Counted from the stretch's first letter, positions 18,634 to 28,685 are shown. The stretch is DNA of 64,000 nt from Isosphaeraceae bacterium (GCA_965201075.1 CBDAVP010000016.1:186001-250000); one strand, 5' to 3'. The notes: generated by a model from the letters alone, not told the origin. A program made the numbers and translations.

Positions 18634-19899
18634 TCAGGCGGCCCGGCGGCGGAGGCGGCGGGCGCCCAGCAAAAGCCCCAGGCTCAGCGAGACGAGGCTA
18701 GCGGGCTCGGGGACGGCGGCGGCGTTGATCGTGTTGTAGCCAATCAATTCCATCGCGCGGTAGTCGGCCGCGGTGTTCTCATAGATCGTGCCGGGGGGGA
18801 TGGCTGGGTCCATCACGCCGACATACGGCTGGCTGGCCGACTGGTGCTTCCAGTGGCTGGCCTGAAAGCCGTCTCCCTCGTTCTGGCCGGTCGACATCGG
18901 GTAGTTGGAGGTCACATCGCTGGTGACGGCCGCGACCCCGGCATCCAGCTCGCGGGGCTTGGACGTGAAGTCCGCGGCGCTGGTCGGGGGCGAAGCGGCG
19001 TTGAAGCGGAACAGGTCGAGCGTCGAGGGGCTGATCGCCCCGAGAGTGTGATTGGCCTGGTCGTAGTCGACGTTATCGACGCTGGAGAAAAACCCCAGGG
19101 CGTGGCCGATCTCGTGAGCGGCGATGCTCTCGAAGTCGTACTGGTTCGACGGCACCCCGTGAGTGTTGTCGTAGGCGAAGGCGAATATGCTGTTGAAGGT
19201 GATGGTGGCGTCGGCGTCGGTCGCCGAATGGCCCGGAAGAGGGATATTCAATGCCTTGAAGTTGGCCGCGGTGGCTTCCACGTAGCCGCTGAGACTGAAG
19301 CCGCTGGGAAGCGAGGCGGAGAACTCCGACGCGGTGGGCAAGGCGGTCAGGATCGCGTCCTTGGCCCCCTGACTGGCGCCGTGGGCGGCGAGGGCGTTGC
19401 GGACCGAGGTGTAGTTGTCGATGTAGAGGACGCTGGAGGTCTGGCCGAGGACGTTGGGGGAGTTCAGGTTGTCCAGGCCGGCATCGATGTGAACGGTGAT
19501 CGGGTTGGTGATCTCCGACACCCAGCGGGCCGCGGCGCGGTCAAAGGCGGCCAGGGCCGCGGAGTTGCTCGACAGGCCCGCGTCGGGGTTCAGGACGATC
19601 GAGAACCCCGAACTGTTGCTGATCGTCTTGCCATCGCTGGAGACGTGGACCGACGGGGGAATCGAGTCGGCCGTGACGGGACCGGGCAAGGGGGCCGAAG
19701 CGGCCAGTTGCGCGACGGTCATGTCGCTGACGACGACTCCGAGTTGCTGGGGAGTTTTGATCGCGCTGGAGGGTCGGGGCAGGAACTCCAGGTCGGCCCT
19801 TGCCGCCGACGGCCACGCCGCCGAGGCGGCCAAGGCGAGGAACGCCCCCAGGCGAATCCAGCGGGACGCGGCGAAGCGGCGGCAAGGTCGTCGGATCAA
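18634..19899 (-). CDS. PEP-CTERM-sorted zinc metalloprotease (NF038122-like)
   Basis: Signal peptide ending ARA-D, HEIGHALGF zincin motif, LDLFRF, QASHWK, VMDP Met-turn, C-terminal VPEPASL-TM-RRLRRR. TTG 19899 has GAGG upstream. Confidence 0.88.
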   Translation of the reverse strand: MIRRPCRRFAASRWIRLGAFLALAASAAWPSAARADLEFLPRPSSAIKTPQQLGVVVSDMTVAQLAASAPLPGPVTADSIPPSVHVSSDGKTISNSSGFSIVLNPDAGLSSNSAALAAFDRAAARWVSEITNPITVHIDAGLDNLNSPNVLGQTSSVLYIDNYTSVRNALAAHGASQGAKDAILTALPTASEFSASLPSGFSLSGYVEATAANFKALNIPLPGHSATDADATITFNSIFAFAYDNTHGVPSNQYDFESIAAHEIGHALGFFSSVDNVDYDQANHTLGAISPSTLDLFRFNAASPPTSAADFTSKPRELDAGVAAVTSDVTSNYPMSTGQNEGDGFQASHWKHQSASQPYVGVMDPAIPPGTIYENTAADYRAMELIGYNTINAAAVPEPASLVSLSLGLLLGARRLRRRAA

Positions 19900-20019
19900 G
19901 GGTGCAACCTCAATGAGTAGGCAAGGCGGGCGGACCACGCGTTCCAGCGTCGTGAACGAACGCGAGGGCCCCTTCGCCCCCGCTCCAGCCGATGCGATCT
20001 GTCTCGGCCAACGGGTCGA

Positions 20020-20031
20020 GGGGGGGGGGGG
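20020..20031. repeat. G12 homopolymer in a divergent intergenic region
   Basis: 12 consecutive G residues. Confidence 0.9.
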
Positions 20032-20261
20032 CGAACTGTGCCCGAGACAGGGCCCGAAATGATGAGTGAGCGGTATCATTGGAGGGGGACATCGCGATTT
20101 GCAAGATGGATTGCCGCGGTGTGCCCGGAATCAACATCTCGGGAGGTTGCGATGACCGTCGGGCCGTCGGGCTGGGCTATCGCGGGGTTTGGGCTTTGGC
20201 ATAGGATGAAGGGTCGAGCCACGCCCTTGATGTTGACGGGCGATCCCCCCGCGAGGCGACC

Positions 20262-20735
20262 ATGACCCGACGCACTCGCGCCCGTGAGATCGCGCTTCAA
20301 GTCCTTTACCAAACCGAGCAGAACCCCGGGACGGCCCCGGAGGTCCTGCGACGGTTCATCGAGCGCCGCTTGCATGGCGACCGCCGCCTTTGCGGGTTCG
20401 CCGAGGAGCTGATCGACGGGGTGCGGGCTCATCAACCGAATCTGGACGAGCGCATTGCCGCGCTGGCCGAGAACTGGCGGCTGGACCGGATGGCGGCGAT
20501 CGACCGCAACATCTTACGCCTGGGGGCGTTCGAGATGCTCCACTGCCCCGAAGTCCCCCGCAAGGTGGCCATCAACGAGGCGTTGGAACTGGCCAAGCGG
20601 TACAGCACCGCCCAGTCGAGCCGGTTCGTCAACGGCATCCTGGATCGCCTCCAGGCCGAGACTCCCCCCGGCGGCGAGGCTCCGATCCTGACCCTCCCGC
20701 CGGAGGAACCCCCGGGCGCGAGTCCCGAGGGTTGA
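20262..20735 (+). CDS. nusB: Transcription antitermination factor NusB
   Basis: RRTRAREIALQVLYQ, NWRLDRMAAIDRNILRLG, VAINEALELAKRYS, FVNGILD. Confidence 0.97.
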   Translation: MTRRTRAREIALQVLYQTEQNPGTAPEVLRRFIERRLHGDRRLCGFAEELIDGVRAHQPNLDERIAALAENWRLDRMAAIDRNILRLGAFEMLHCPEVPRKVAINEALELAKRYSTAQSSRFVNGILDRLQAETPPGGEAPILTLPPEEPPGASPEG

Positions 20736-21631
20736 GACGGCCGAGGCCCACCCCCCGCGACGCCGACCTGCACGTCCACACGACTCATTCCGACGGCGGT
20801 TGCTCCCCTGGCGAGGTCGTTCGGGCGGCGTCGGCGGCGGGCCTGGCGGCGTTGGCGATCACCGACCACGACACGCTCTCGGCGCTGGCAGTCGCCCGGC
20901 CCGAGGCGGTTCGGTTGGGGGTGGAACTGGTGGGGGGTATCGAAGTGACGGCCGAGTTCGGCGGTCGCGAGGTCCACATCCTCGGTCACTTCGTCCGCGA
21001 CGACGCCCCAGGCCTGCTGTGCGCCGTGCAACGGATGCGGGAGGAGCGGGCCCGGCGTGTGGAAGGGATGGTCTCGCGGCTGGAAACCCTGGGCCTGTCG
21101 GTGGATCTGGAGACGCTTCGGAAGACGTTCCCCCGGGCGACGATTGGCCGTCGTCACCTGGCCGACTGGTTGACGATCACCGGACAGGTCGCTGGCCGAC
21201 GCGAGGCGTTCACCCGGTTTCTGGGCGACGGGGGTCCGGCCGAGGTCCCCAAGCCGCGATTGCCCTGGAACGAGGCGCTGCTGTTGATCCGCGAGGCGGG
21301 CGGGATTGCCGGCCTGGCGCATCCCCCCTATGATCTTCGGGAACGCGACCTTCGGGAACTGGCCGAGGGGGGCCTGGGGTCCGTCGAGGTCGCCGGCCCG
21401 GGCGTCAACAAGGCTCTGGGCCCTCGCTGGCGTGCCTGGGCCGATCAGTTGGGCCTGGTCCCCATCGCTGGGTCCGACTTCCACGCGGCGGACCGGCCCG
21501 GCCGCTGGGTCGGCTCGACGCGGACCCCTCAAGCCGACTTTGAGCGTCTGCGCGACGCTTTGCCCCACGACTCATGTCGCATCCCGTCCCGAGGTCGAGC
21601 GAACCGAGATGGCCCTCAAACGCCTGGTTGA
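20732..21631 (+). CDS. PHP-domain metal-dependent phosphoesterase
   Basis: DLHVHTTHSDG, AITDHDT, EVHILGH, LAHP, GSDFH. TTG 20732 overlaps the nusB stop. Confidence 0.92.
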   Translation: MRRPRPTPRDADLHVHTTHSDGGCSPGEVVRAASAAGLAALAITDHDTLSALAVARPEAVRLGVELVGGIEVTAEFGGREVHILGHFVRDDAPGLLCAVQRMREERARRVEGMVSRLETLGLSVDLETLRKTFPRATIGRRHLADWLTITGQVAGRREAFTRFLGDGGPAEVPKPRLPWNEALLLIREAGGIAGLAHPPYDLRERDLRELAEGGLGSVEVAGPGVNKALGPRWRAWADQLGLVPIAGSDFHAADRPGRWVGSTRTPQADFERLRDALPHDSCRIPSRGRANRDGPQTPG

Positions 21632-22514
21632 GACGTTCAAGAAGGGCCTTGCCCGCACCGCCCGGCTGTTCGACGTCCGCTCGTGGTTTGGCCGCAAGGT
21701 CGACCAATCGTTCCTGGACGAGTTGGAAGCCAAGCTCATCCAGGCCGACGTCGGTGTGCTGGCGACCACCCGGGTCATTGATCGGGTGCGAGAGGCGTTC
21801 GCCGACCGGACCGCCGACGCCGACCTGGTTGAGTTCGTCAAAACCGAGTTGAAAGCCCTGCTGGCCGACCCCAAGGCCGGCGCTCTGGCGATCTCGCCGA
21901 ACAAGCCGACGGTGATTCTGGTGGCTGGGGTGAACGGGGCGGGCAAGACGACCTCCATCGCCAAGCTGGCTCAGCGCCTCAAGGATCAGGGGAACACGAT
22001 CCTGCTGGCCGCCTGCGACACCTTTCGCGCGGCGGCGGCCGACCAGTTGACGATCTGGGCGACCCGCTCGGGCTCGGACATCGTCAAGGGAGCGCCCGGC
22101 TCCGACCCGGCCAGCGTGGCTCACGATGCCTGCGAGCGAGCCATCGCCCGGCGAATTGACGTCCTGATCGTCGACACCGCCGGCCGCCTGCACACCCAGT
22201 CTCACCTGATGCGCGAGCTGGAAAAGGTCCGCAACGTCCTGGCCCGCAAGATCCCGGGGGCTCCTCACGAAGTCCTGCTGGTTCTGGACGCGACGAATGG
22301 CCAGAACGCCATCCGCCAGGCCGAGGCCTTCACCAAGTCGATTGGCTGCACGGGAATCTTGCTGACCAAGCTCGACGGTACGGCCAAGGGGGGGGTCGTG
22401 GTGGCGATCCGCCAGTCGACCTTGCTGCCGGTCAAGTACGTCGGCGTGGGGGAGGGGATCGAGGATTTTCAACCCTTCGACCCCGACGCCTTCGTCGAGG
22501 CTCTATTCGCCTGA
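21609..22514 (+). CDS. ftsY: Signal recognition particle receptor FtsY (NG domain only)
   Basis: GVNGAGKTT, DTFRAAA, DTAGR, TKLDGTAKGG, GVGEGIEDF. Confidence 0.97.
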   Translation: MALKRLVETFKKGLARTARLFDVRSWFGRKVDQSFLDELEAKLIQADVGVLATTRVIDRVREAFADRTADADLVEFVKTELKALLADPKAGALAISPNKPTVILVAGVNGAGKTTSIAKLAQRLKDQGNTILLAACDTFRAAAADQLTIWATRSGSDIVKGAPGSDPASVAHDACERAIARRIDVLIVDTAGRLHTQSHLMRELEKVRNVLARKIPGAPHEVLLVLDATNGQNAIRQAEAFTKSIGCTGILLTKLDGTAKGGVVVAIRQSTLLPVKYVGVGEGIEDFQPFDPDAFVEALFA

Positions 22515-22526
22515 ACGGCTCGGTGA

Positions 22527-22556
22527 TTGTTCGGGGGTTCCTGCTTCCGTTATAAT
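22527..22556 (+). promoter_or_regulatory. Candidate promoter for the DUF6599-DUF362 operon
   Basis: Perfect TATAAT at 22551-22556 with TTGTTC 18 nt upstream. Confidence 0.4.
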
Positions 22557-22629
22557 GAGGGGCTGGCCCGGCCCCAGGGCCGACGGCCTTCGCGTCGACT
22601 TGCCTTGCCGGCTTCGAGGATCCTGCGCG

Positions 22630-24288
22630 ATGGGCGGACCCAGCCTCTGGAACCGAGCGAGCGCGGCGTTCGTCGACGATCCGTGGACGGGTTTGGCGCT
22701 GGCCTCGGGGCTGGTCGCCCTGGCCCTGACGCCGGTCGCCTTCGCCGTGCTGGGGGCCTTGAATTACTTCGAGACCCGTCGGGGCCGGACCCTCCAGAAG
22801 CCGACTTTCTCGTCGGTGGTCGCCGCGATGATGCTGGTCATGGGCATCCCGGCCGTTTTCTGCGGAATCGTCCTCAAGAGCCGGCACTATGACGAGGATC
22901 GCTACGCCTACGACCCGAACAAGACGTGGTCGGTGCTGGACCAGGGGCGAGGCTATCGCTCGGTCCAGGAGGCCGACGAGGCGGTCCGCGCCGAGATGGG
23001 GCGGCTGGGGACCGAGCGGAAGAACCTGGTCGATCGGGTCAAGAAGCTCGATGAGTCGATGCTGGCGTTGAGGGCCTCGGCGTCTCGCTATCCCGATTCC
23101 GCCAAGGCCCTTGGACCGGTTCTGGAACGGTTGGCCGGGGTTCGAGCGTCGGTGGGGGTGGATGCGCCTCAGCAGTTGATCGACGCCACGGCCCCACCGG
23201 CGGCCCTGGCTGGCGCGCCCCTCGGGCCGGCGACGGCGGTTGCCTCCACGACAACCACAACGGCGACGCCGGTCGCGGCGACGGCCGTCCCAACCGCGCC
23301 CGCCCCGGCCGAGGGGGGTGGGTCGGAGTTCGCCGCCGAGTTCGCCGCGGTGCCGGCCCCTCAGCGACCCCTGGCCGAAATGCTTCCCTTGTCGGGCTTG
23401 CCGGCGGGCTGGGAGGTTGCCGACCTGGGGGGCGGCAAGCATCTTGAGTCGTTCAACGCCGAAAACCTGTACGAAAAGATCGACGGCCGCGCCGAGAGTT
23501 TCGTCCAGTACGACGTCAAGGGCATGGCCTACGCCTCGTTCCACCCGGCCGGAGACGATTCGGCCGACGTTCAACTCTACCTTTTCGAGATGGGCGGGCC
23601 GCTCAAGGCGATGGGCAAGTACGGCTCGGAGAAGCCCGAGGGGACCGAGCCCGTGAAGCTGGGGTCCGAGGGGTACTCCGCGGCTGGCAGCACTCTGTTT
23701 TACGCGGGTCCGTACTACACGCAGATTGTCTCGACCAGGGACGACCCGGCCTTCTCCGCGTTTGTCCTCGATCTGGCTCGCAAGGTCGCCGCCAAGCAAG
23801 TTCCGCCGACTGTGGCCACGCCGGCCGGGTCAACCGGGTCACCAGCGCCCCCGTCGGGCCCCGAGGCCATCTTCGCCCTGCTGCCCGAGGGCCCGGCGAA
23901 GTCGGGGCCGAAGTTCGTGCCGCAGGACGTTTTCGGCTACAGTTTCCTGTCCGACGTCTTCATGGCCGATTATGAGGAGGGGGGCGTCAAGTGGCAGGGT
24001 TTCCTGCGACCCTACCCCACTCCCGATGAGGCCAGGGCTGTCTTCGAGAAGTACCTGGCCGGCGCCAAGCTCGACGGCTCGGACGTGCGGGATGTCGTCG
24101 TGCCGGGGGTCGATCATTTGATTGTCAGTTCCAACTTCGGCCTCTCCGACGCTATCTTCTTGAAAGGGAACGCCATCGGCGGGGCCAACGGGGCCACCCA
24201 GCCCGGACCGGCCGAGGCGTTCGCCAAGACGTTCGCCGAGAAACTGCCGGCCGCTGTTCCCTCGGTTGGCGGTCAGGCGGCGCAATAG
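22630..24288 (+). CDS. Membrane-anchored DUF6599-like protein
   Basis: Two N-terminal TM helices, coiled coil, Thr/Ala/Pro linker, FNAENLYEKIDGRAESF motif recalled as DUF6599-type. Confidence 0.7.
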   Translation: MGGPSLWNRASAAFVDDPWTGLALASGLVALALTPVAFAVLGALNYFETRRGRTLQKPTFSSVVAAMMLVMGIPAVFCGIVLKSRHYDEDRYAYDPNKTWSVLDQGRGYRSVQEADEAVRAEMGRLGTERKNLVDRVKKLDESMLALRASASRYPDSAKALGPVLERLAGVRASVGVDAPQQLIDATAPPAALAGAPLGPATAVASTTTTTATPVAATAVPTAPAPAEGGGSEFAAEFAAVPAPQRPLAEMLPLSGLPAGWEVADLGGGKHLESFNAENLYEKIDGRAESFVQYDVKGMAYASFHPAGDDSADVQLYLFEMGGPLKAMGKYGSEKPEGTEPVKLGSEGYSAAGSTLFYAGPYYTQIVSTRDDPAFSAFVLDLARKVAAKQVPPTVATPAGSTGSPAPPSGPEAIFALLPEGPAKSGPKFVPQDVFGYSFLSDVFMADYEEGGVKWQGFLRPYPTPDEARAVFEKYLAGAKLDGSDVRDVVVPGVDHLIVSSNFGLSDAIFLKGNAIGGANGATQPGPAEAFAKTFAEKLPAAVPSVGGQAAQ

Positions 24289-24367
24289 TTGAAGCCAATC
24301 CAACCGGCGCCGCCACCCCCCTGCCCCCTTCACGCCCTTGCGGTTGAGCCCTGACCCGAGGCCACTC

Positions 24368-25459
24368 ATGAGCGAGAAGTTGACGCGGACCCAGCAGAAG
24401 AACCTGGAGCGCCTCGGCGGGATCAACCCGGCCGATGATTCGTACTCCCGTCGCCAGTTCGTCCGCCAGGTCGGTGGAACCGCGTTGGTGGGCGGCGCGG
24501 CGGTGGGGGCCGGCTTGCTGGTGCGCGACCAGTGGGGCATGGAAGGCGTCAAACCTCCCGCTCCCGTGCGTCTGAAGGATTATTCGGTGATCCTGCCCGC
24601 GTCCCGCCCCAATCTGGTTGTGGTCCGCTCGTCGCCGGCCGAGGCCCGACCGGGCCAGGAAATGTTCGAGGCCCGCGAGGAGCAGGCGCTCAAAATGGTC
24701 AAGCGGGCCCTCGACGAGATGGGCGGCATCGAGCGGTTCATCCAGAAGGGGGACGTGGTCGTCGTCAAGCCGAACGTTGCCTTCGACAAGAACCCCGACC
24801 TTGCCGCGACGACCCAGCCCGACACGGTTTCGGCGGTCATCAAGCTGTGCAAGGCCGCGGGCGCCCGCAAGGTGATCGTCGCCGACAACCCGATCAATAA
24901 CCCCGAAAGCTGTTTCTACAAGACCCGAGTCGGCGACGCCGCCCGACGAGCCGGCGCCGAGTTGATGATGCCCCAGGAAAGCTCGTTCGAGCAATTGTAC
25001 GTCGGCGGCGAGACGATCAAGCACACCTGGAAGATGTTTTATCGTCCGTTCCGAGAGGCGACCAAGGTCATCGGCGTTTCGCCGGTCAAGGACCACAACC
25101 TCTGCAAGGCCACCGTGACGATGAAGAACTGGTACGGGCTGCTGGGCAACCCCCGCAACCAGTTCCATCAAGACATCCACGGCATCATCTCCGACTTCGC
25201 CTTGATGATGAAGCCGACGTTCGTGATCGCCGACGGCCGCAAACTGTTGATGCGCAACGGCCCCACCGGCGGCAGCCTCAACGACGTCAAGAAGGGGGAC
25301 GCGATCGTGGTGGGAACCGACTGCACGGCCGTCGATAGCTGGTGCGTCACCCGCCTGCTGGAGAAGCAGCGCCACGAGATCATCTACCTCGACAAGGTGA
25401 TCGCCCGCGGCCTGGGCAAGGAGTGGCGTCCCCAGTGGACCAGCGAGGTCACGGTCTGA
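24368..25459 (+). CDS. DUF362 domain protein with twin-arginine-like signal
   Basis: SRRQFV plus hydrophobic segment; GGIERFI-x2-GD-x-VVVKPN; KDH...TMKNWYG. Confidence 0.85.
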   Translation: MSEKLTRTQQKNLERLGGINPADDSYSRRQFVRQVGGTALVGGAAVGAGLLVRDQWGMEGVKPPAPVRLKDYSVILPASRPNLVVVRSSPAEARPGQEMFEAREEQALKMVKRALDEMGGIERFIQKGDVVVVKPNVAFDKNPDLAATTQPDTVSAVIKLCKAAGARKVIVADNPINNPESCFYKTRVGDAARRAGAELMMPQESSFEQLYVGGETIKHTWKMFYRPFREATKVIGVSPVKDHNLCKATVTMKNWYGLLGNPRNQFHQDIHGIISDFALMMKPTFVIADGRKLLMRNGPTGGSLNDVKKGDAIVVGTDCTAVDSWCVTRLLEKQRHEIIYLDKVIARGLGKEWRPQWTSEVTV

Positions 25460-25489
25460 TTCCCCGAAGCCCCGCGAGGAGGACGGCCG

Positions 25490-26170
25490 ATGGCGACGGC
25501 GATCCGGACGATCATCCAACGGCGATCGGTGCTTCGAGGGATCTCCTACCAGGTCTATGTGGCGATCCGAGAGCCGGAGGACAACAATCATGTCCGAATG
25601 GAATACCGCGACGGGGTTCTGAAGATCATGTCGCCCGGCTATGTCCACGATGGTTTCGCCGAGCGCTCGGGGGTTCTGATCCGGGCCGTCTGCGCCGTCT
25701 TTGAGATTCCCCTGAGGGGGGCCCGGACCACGACCTTGCGTCGCCTTGGCCCTGGGCCGGAACGCGGAGTGGGCAAGGAGCCCGACGCGAGTTTTTACTT
25801 CGCCAACCAACGTCGAATTGCTGGGAACACCGAAATCAACCTTGAGGTCGACCCACCCCCGGATCTCGCGATCGAGGTCGAGAGTTCGCATCGCTCCCGC
25901 GACATGATGGAGATTTACGCACGGCTCAAAGTCCCCGAGGTTTGGCGCTTCCATGTCCGCTCGGGCAAACTTCAGTTCGATGCCTTGCAGCCCTACGGGT
26001 CCTATCTGCCAGTCGAACGAAGTCTGAACTTACCGATGCTGACGCCGGATCTGGTTCTGGAACTGCTGGCGCGTTGCCCGGATCAAGACGAGATGACCTG
26101 GGATCGTGAGGTCCGTGACTGGCTCCGCGATATTCTTCTGCCGCGATTTCGTCAGGAAGGGGGCGGCTGA
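25490..26170 (+). CDS. Uma2 (DUF820) family PD-(D/E)XK-like endonuclease
   Basis: IMSPG-x2-H, KEPDASFY, PPPDLAIEVE, YARLKVPEVWR; GAGGAGG SD. Confidence 0.92.
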   Translation: MATAIRTIIQRRSVLRGISYQVYVAIREPEDNNHVRMEYRDGVLKIMSPGYVHDGFAERSGVLIRAVCAVFEIPLRGARTTTLRRLGPGPERGVGKEPDASFYFANQRRIAGNTEINLEVDPPPDLAIEVESSHRSRDMMEIYARLKVPEVWRFHVRSGKLQFDALQPYGSYLPVERSLNLPMLTPDLVLELLARCPDQDEMTWDREVRDWLRDILLPRFRQEGGG

Positions 26171-26874
26171 TGTCCCTGCCCACCAATGAGTCGTTGGCGA
26201 CGGCGACCCGGACGACCGTCCAGAACCGGACCGTGTTGCGCGACATCCCTTATCGGGTCTTTCTCGCCCTGCGTGCCCCGGAAGAAAACAATCATGTTCG
26301 GATGGATTACTGGAATGGGACGCTGACGATCATGTCCCCGGGCTATCTCCATGATCTTTCCGGCCAACGTCTCGCCTTGTTAATCCCTTTCGTCGCGCTG
26401 GTCTTCGACATTCCAATGTCCTCGGCCGGCAGTACAACCCTGAGTCGGCCGGGCATTGGTCCGCGAAAGGGTTTTGGCAAGGAACCGGACGCCAGCTTCT
26501 ATTTCGCCAATGAGCCTCGAATTCGGGGAAACACCGAGATCCAACTCGAGGTCGATCCACCTCCGGACCTGGCCATCGAGGTGGAGAATTCTCGAAACTT
26601 GGGCAGGAAACTCGCGACCTATGCCCACCTCGGAGTGCCCGAGCTTTGGCGTTACAATGTCAAGACCGGGAGACTCTGGTTCGGCGCGCTTCACGAGGAC
26701 GGGACTTATCTTCCTATCGAGCGAAGCCGATCGCTGCCGATGCTGACGCCGGCAATCGTTCTCGATCTGCTGGCCAGGGGTCAAGGCGTCGACCAGACTC
26801 GTTGGTTTCGGGAGACAATGGACTGGCTCCGCGACGCCCTCTTGCCGCGATATCGTCAGGAAGTGGGCGGCTGA
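26170..26874 (+). CDS. Uma2 (DUF820) family endonuclease, tandem paralog
   Basis: Same motifs (KEPDASFYFAN, PPPDLAIEVE, GVPELWRY); start overlaps the first copy's stop. Confidence 0.92.
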   Translation: MSLPTNESLATATRTTVQNRTVLRDIPYRVFLALRAPEENNHVRMDYWNGTLTIMSPGYLHDLSGQRLALLIPFVALVFDIPMSSAGSTTLSRPGIGPRKGFGKEPDASFYFANEPRIRGNTEIQLEVDPPPDLAIEVENSRNLGRKLATYAHLGVPELWRYNVKTGRLWFGALHEDGTYLPIERSRSLPMLTPAIVLDLLARGQGVDQTRWFRETMDWLRDALLPRYRQEVGG

Positions 26875-26941
26875 TGTTCTCATTCCGCCAGACGCCATCC
26901 TCGTCGAGATGCCCCGTTCCCCCCGGCCGAGTGAGGCTTTG

Positions 26942-28627
26942 ATGGTCAAGATCCGCCGGGCTTATGAAGTTCTGTTTCTGGGCCTGTTCCTGTTCTTCCT
27001 GCTGATTACCGACCTGCGCTACCTGAAAGGGTGGCCGGTGTCGCTGTTCCTGGAGGCCACGCCCTTGGTGGCGGTCTCCACGGCGCTGACGACCCATACG
27101 ATTTACCGGAATTTGGTCTGGGGGCTGGTGGTTCTGGCGATCACGATGATGGTGGGTCGGGTCTGGTGCAACTGGATGTGCCCCTTCGGCATCCTGCACC
27201 ACGTCTTCGGCATCATCGGCAACCGTCGCAACACCAAGCAGGCGATCGACTCCAACCGCTACCGACGTCTTTATGCGACGAAGTATTACATCCTGGCGGC
27301 GATGATCGCGATGGCGGGCCTCTGGATCATCCCGGCCGCCTGGCGATCCCCGGGGCTCATCGCCGAGTCTTATGGCGATCGCGATTTGAAGTCGCATGGG
27401 GTTCGGCGGGTCATCGCGGCCCTCGGGACTGGGCTGTCGAGGGCGGCCGAGGAGACCAAGGTCGGCAACAGCACCTTGCAAATCGGCCTGCTCGACCCGA
27501 TCGCCCTGACCGTCCGCTCGATGACCACCGGCGTCTTGCCGACGGTCCACAAGGCGACCGAGGAGATCTACACCGAGCCCCGCGAATACTGGTTCGGCTG
27601 GGTCGTCGGCCTGATCTTTGTCGGCCTCCTGGTAGCGAACTGGTGGATTCCGCGGTTCTTCTGCCGGGTCCTATGTCCCCTGGGGGCCTTGCTGGGGGTC
27701 TTCAGTCGATTCGCCCTCTGGCGGATCGACCGCGACCCGGTACGCTGTACCGATTGCGACCTTTGCCTCAAGAGTTGCGAGGGGGCCAGCGACCCTCACA
27801 CCGACCTGCGCAAGAGCGAGTGCTTCGTTTGCTTCAACTGCATCGAGGACTGTCCGCACGACGCCCTTTCGTTCCGCTTCCTGCCTCGCAAGGCCAGTGA
27901 GGTGACGTATCCGCAGGTTGGACGTCGTCAGTTGGTGCTGGCGGGGCTGTTCGGGGTGCTGTTCTTCCCGATGGCCCGGCTCTCGGGCGGGGTGCGCAAG
28001 AACTTCAGCAAGGCGGTGATTCGCCCGCCGGGTTCGGTGGCCGAGGACGAGTTCCTCCGCCGCTGCATCAAGTGCGACCAGTGCATCCGCGTCTGTCCGA
28101 CCAACGTCCTCCAGCCGGCCGTCTTCGAAGCGGGCCTGGAAGGGTTGTGGACGCCCATCATGATCTCCAAGATGGGCTGGTGCGAACTGAACTGCACCCT
28201 TTGCAGCCAGGTTTGCCCCACGGGGGCCATCCGCGAAATCTCGATCGCCGAGAAGCTCGGCACCGGCCCGTTCGAGAAGGCCGGGCCGATCAAGACCGGC
28301 ACCGCGTTCTACAACCAGGGGCGTTGCCTGCCCTGGGCGATGGATACTTCTTGCGTCGTCTGCGAGGAAGTCTGCCCGGTTAGCCCCAAAGCGATTTTCA
28401 CCCGCAACGTCGAGGTGACCGACCGCTGGGGGGCGAAACTGGAGTTGAAACGGCCGTTCATCGACCCCGTACGCTGCATCGGCTGCGGAATCTGCGAGCA
28501 CGAATGCCCCGTCAAGGACGACCCCGCCGTCTACGTCACGGCCATCGGCGAGACCCGTAGCAAGGAGCGATCGCTACTGCTTTCCCTGGTCGAGGACGAC
28601 GCCCAGCATCTGATCTCCGTCGGCTGA
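26942..28627 (+). CDS. Membrane polyferredoxin (NapH/MauN-like membrane domain fused to a NapG/MauM-like 4Fe-4S domain)
   Basis: GRVWCNWMCPFG and RFFCRVLCPLG motifs, several CxxCxxCxxxCP clusters, IRPPGS. Confidence 0.9.
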   Translation: MVKIRRAYEVLFLGLFLFFLLITDLRYLKGWPVSLFLEATPLVAVSTALTTHTIYRNLVWGLVVLAITMMVGRVWCNWMCPFGILHHVFGIIGNRRNTKQAIDSNRYRRLYATKYYILAAMIAMAGLWIIPAAWRSPGLIAESYGDRDLKSHGVRRVIAALGTGLSRAAEETKVGNSTLQIGLLDPIALTVRSMTTGVLPTVHKATEEIYTEPREYWFGWVVGLIFVGLLVANWWIPRFFCRVLCPLGALLGVFSRFALWRIDRDPVRCTDCDLCLKSCEGASDPHTDLRKSECFVCFNCIEDCPHDALSFRFLPRKASEVTYPQVGRRQLVLAGLFGVLFFPMARLSGGVRKNFSKAVIRPPGSVAEDEFLRRCIKCDQCIRVCPTNVLQPAVFEAGLEGLWTPIMISKMGWCELNCTLCSQVCPTGAIREISIAEKLGTGPFEKAGPIKTGTAFYNQGRCLPWAMDTSCVVCEEVCPVSPKAIFTRNVEVTDRWGAKLELKRPFIDPVRCIGCGICEHECPVKDDPAVYVTAIGETRSKERSLLLSLVEDDAQHLISVG

Positions 28628-28685
28628 CCGACCGACCGGACGGCGTTGGCTTGGCCCTGTTTCGAGTCTGGGGAGTTCGCCTAAC

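Noticed and set aside
17821..19920. 699-aa plus-strand ORF as a possible frameshifted UvrA extension
   Set aside because: Off-frame in uvrA and antisense to the PEP-CTERM protease; no protein-like motifs.
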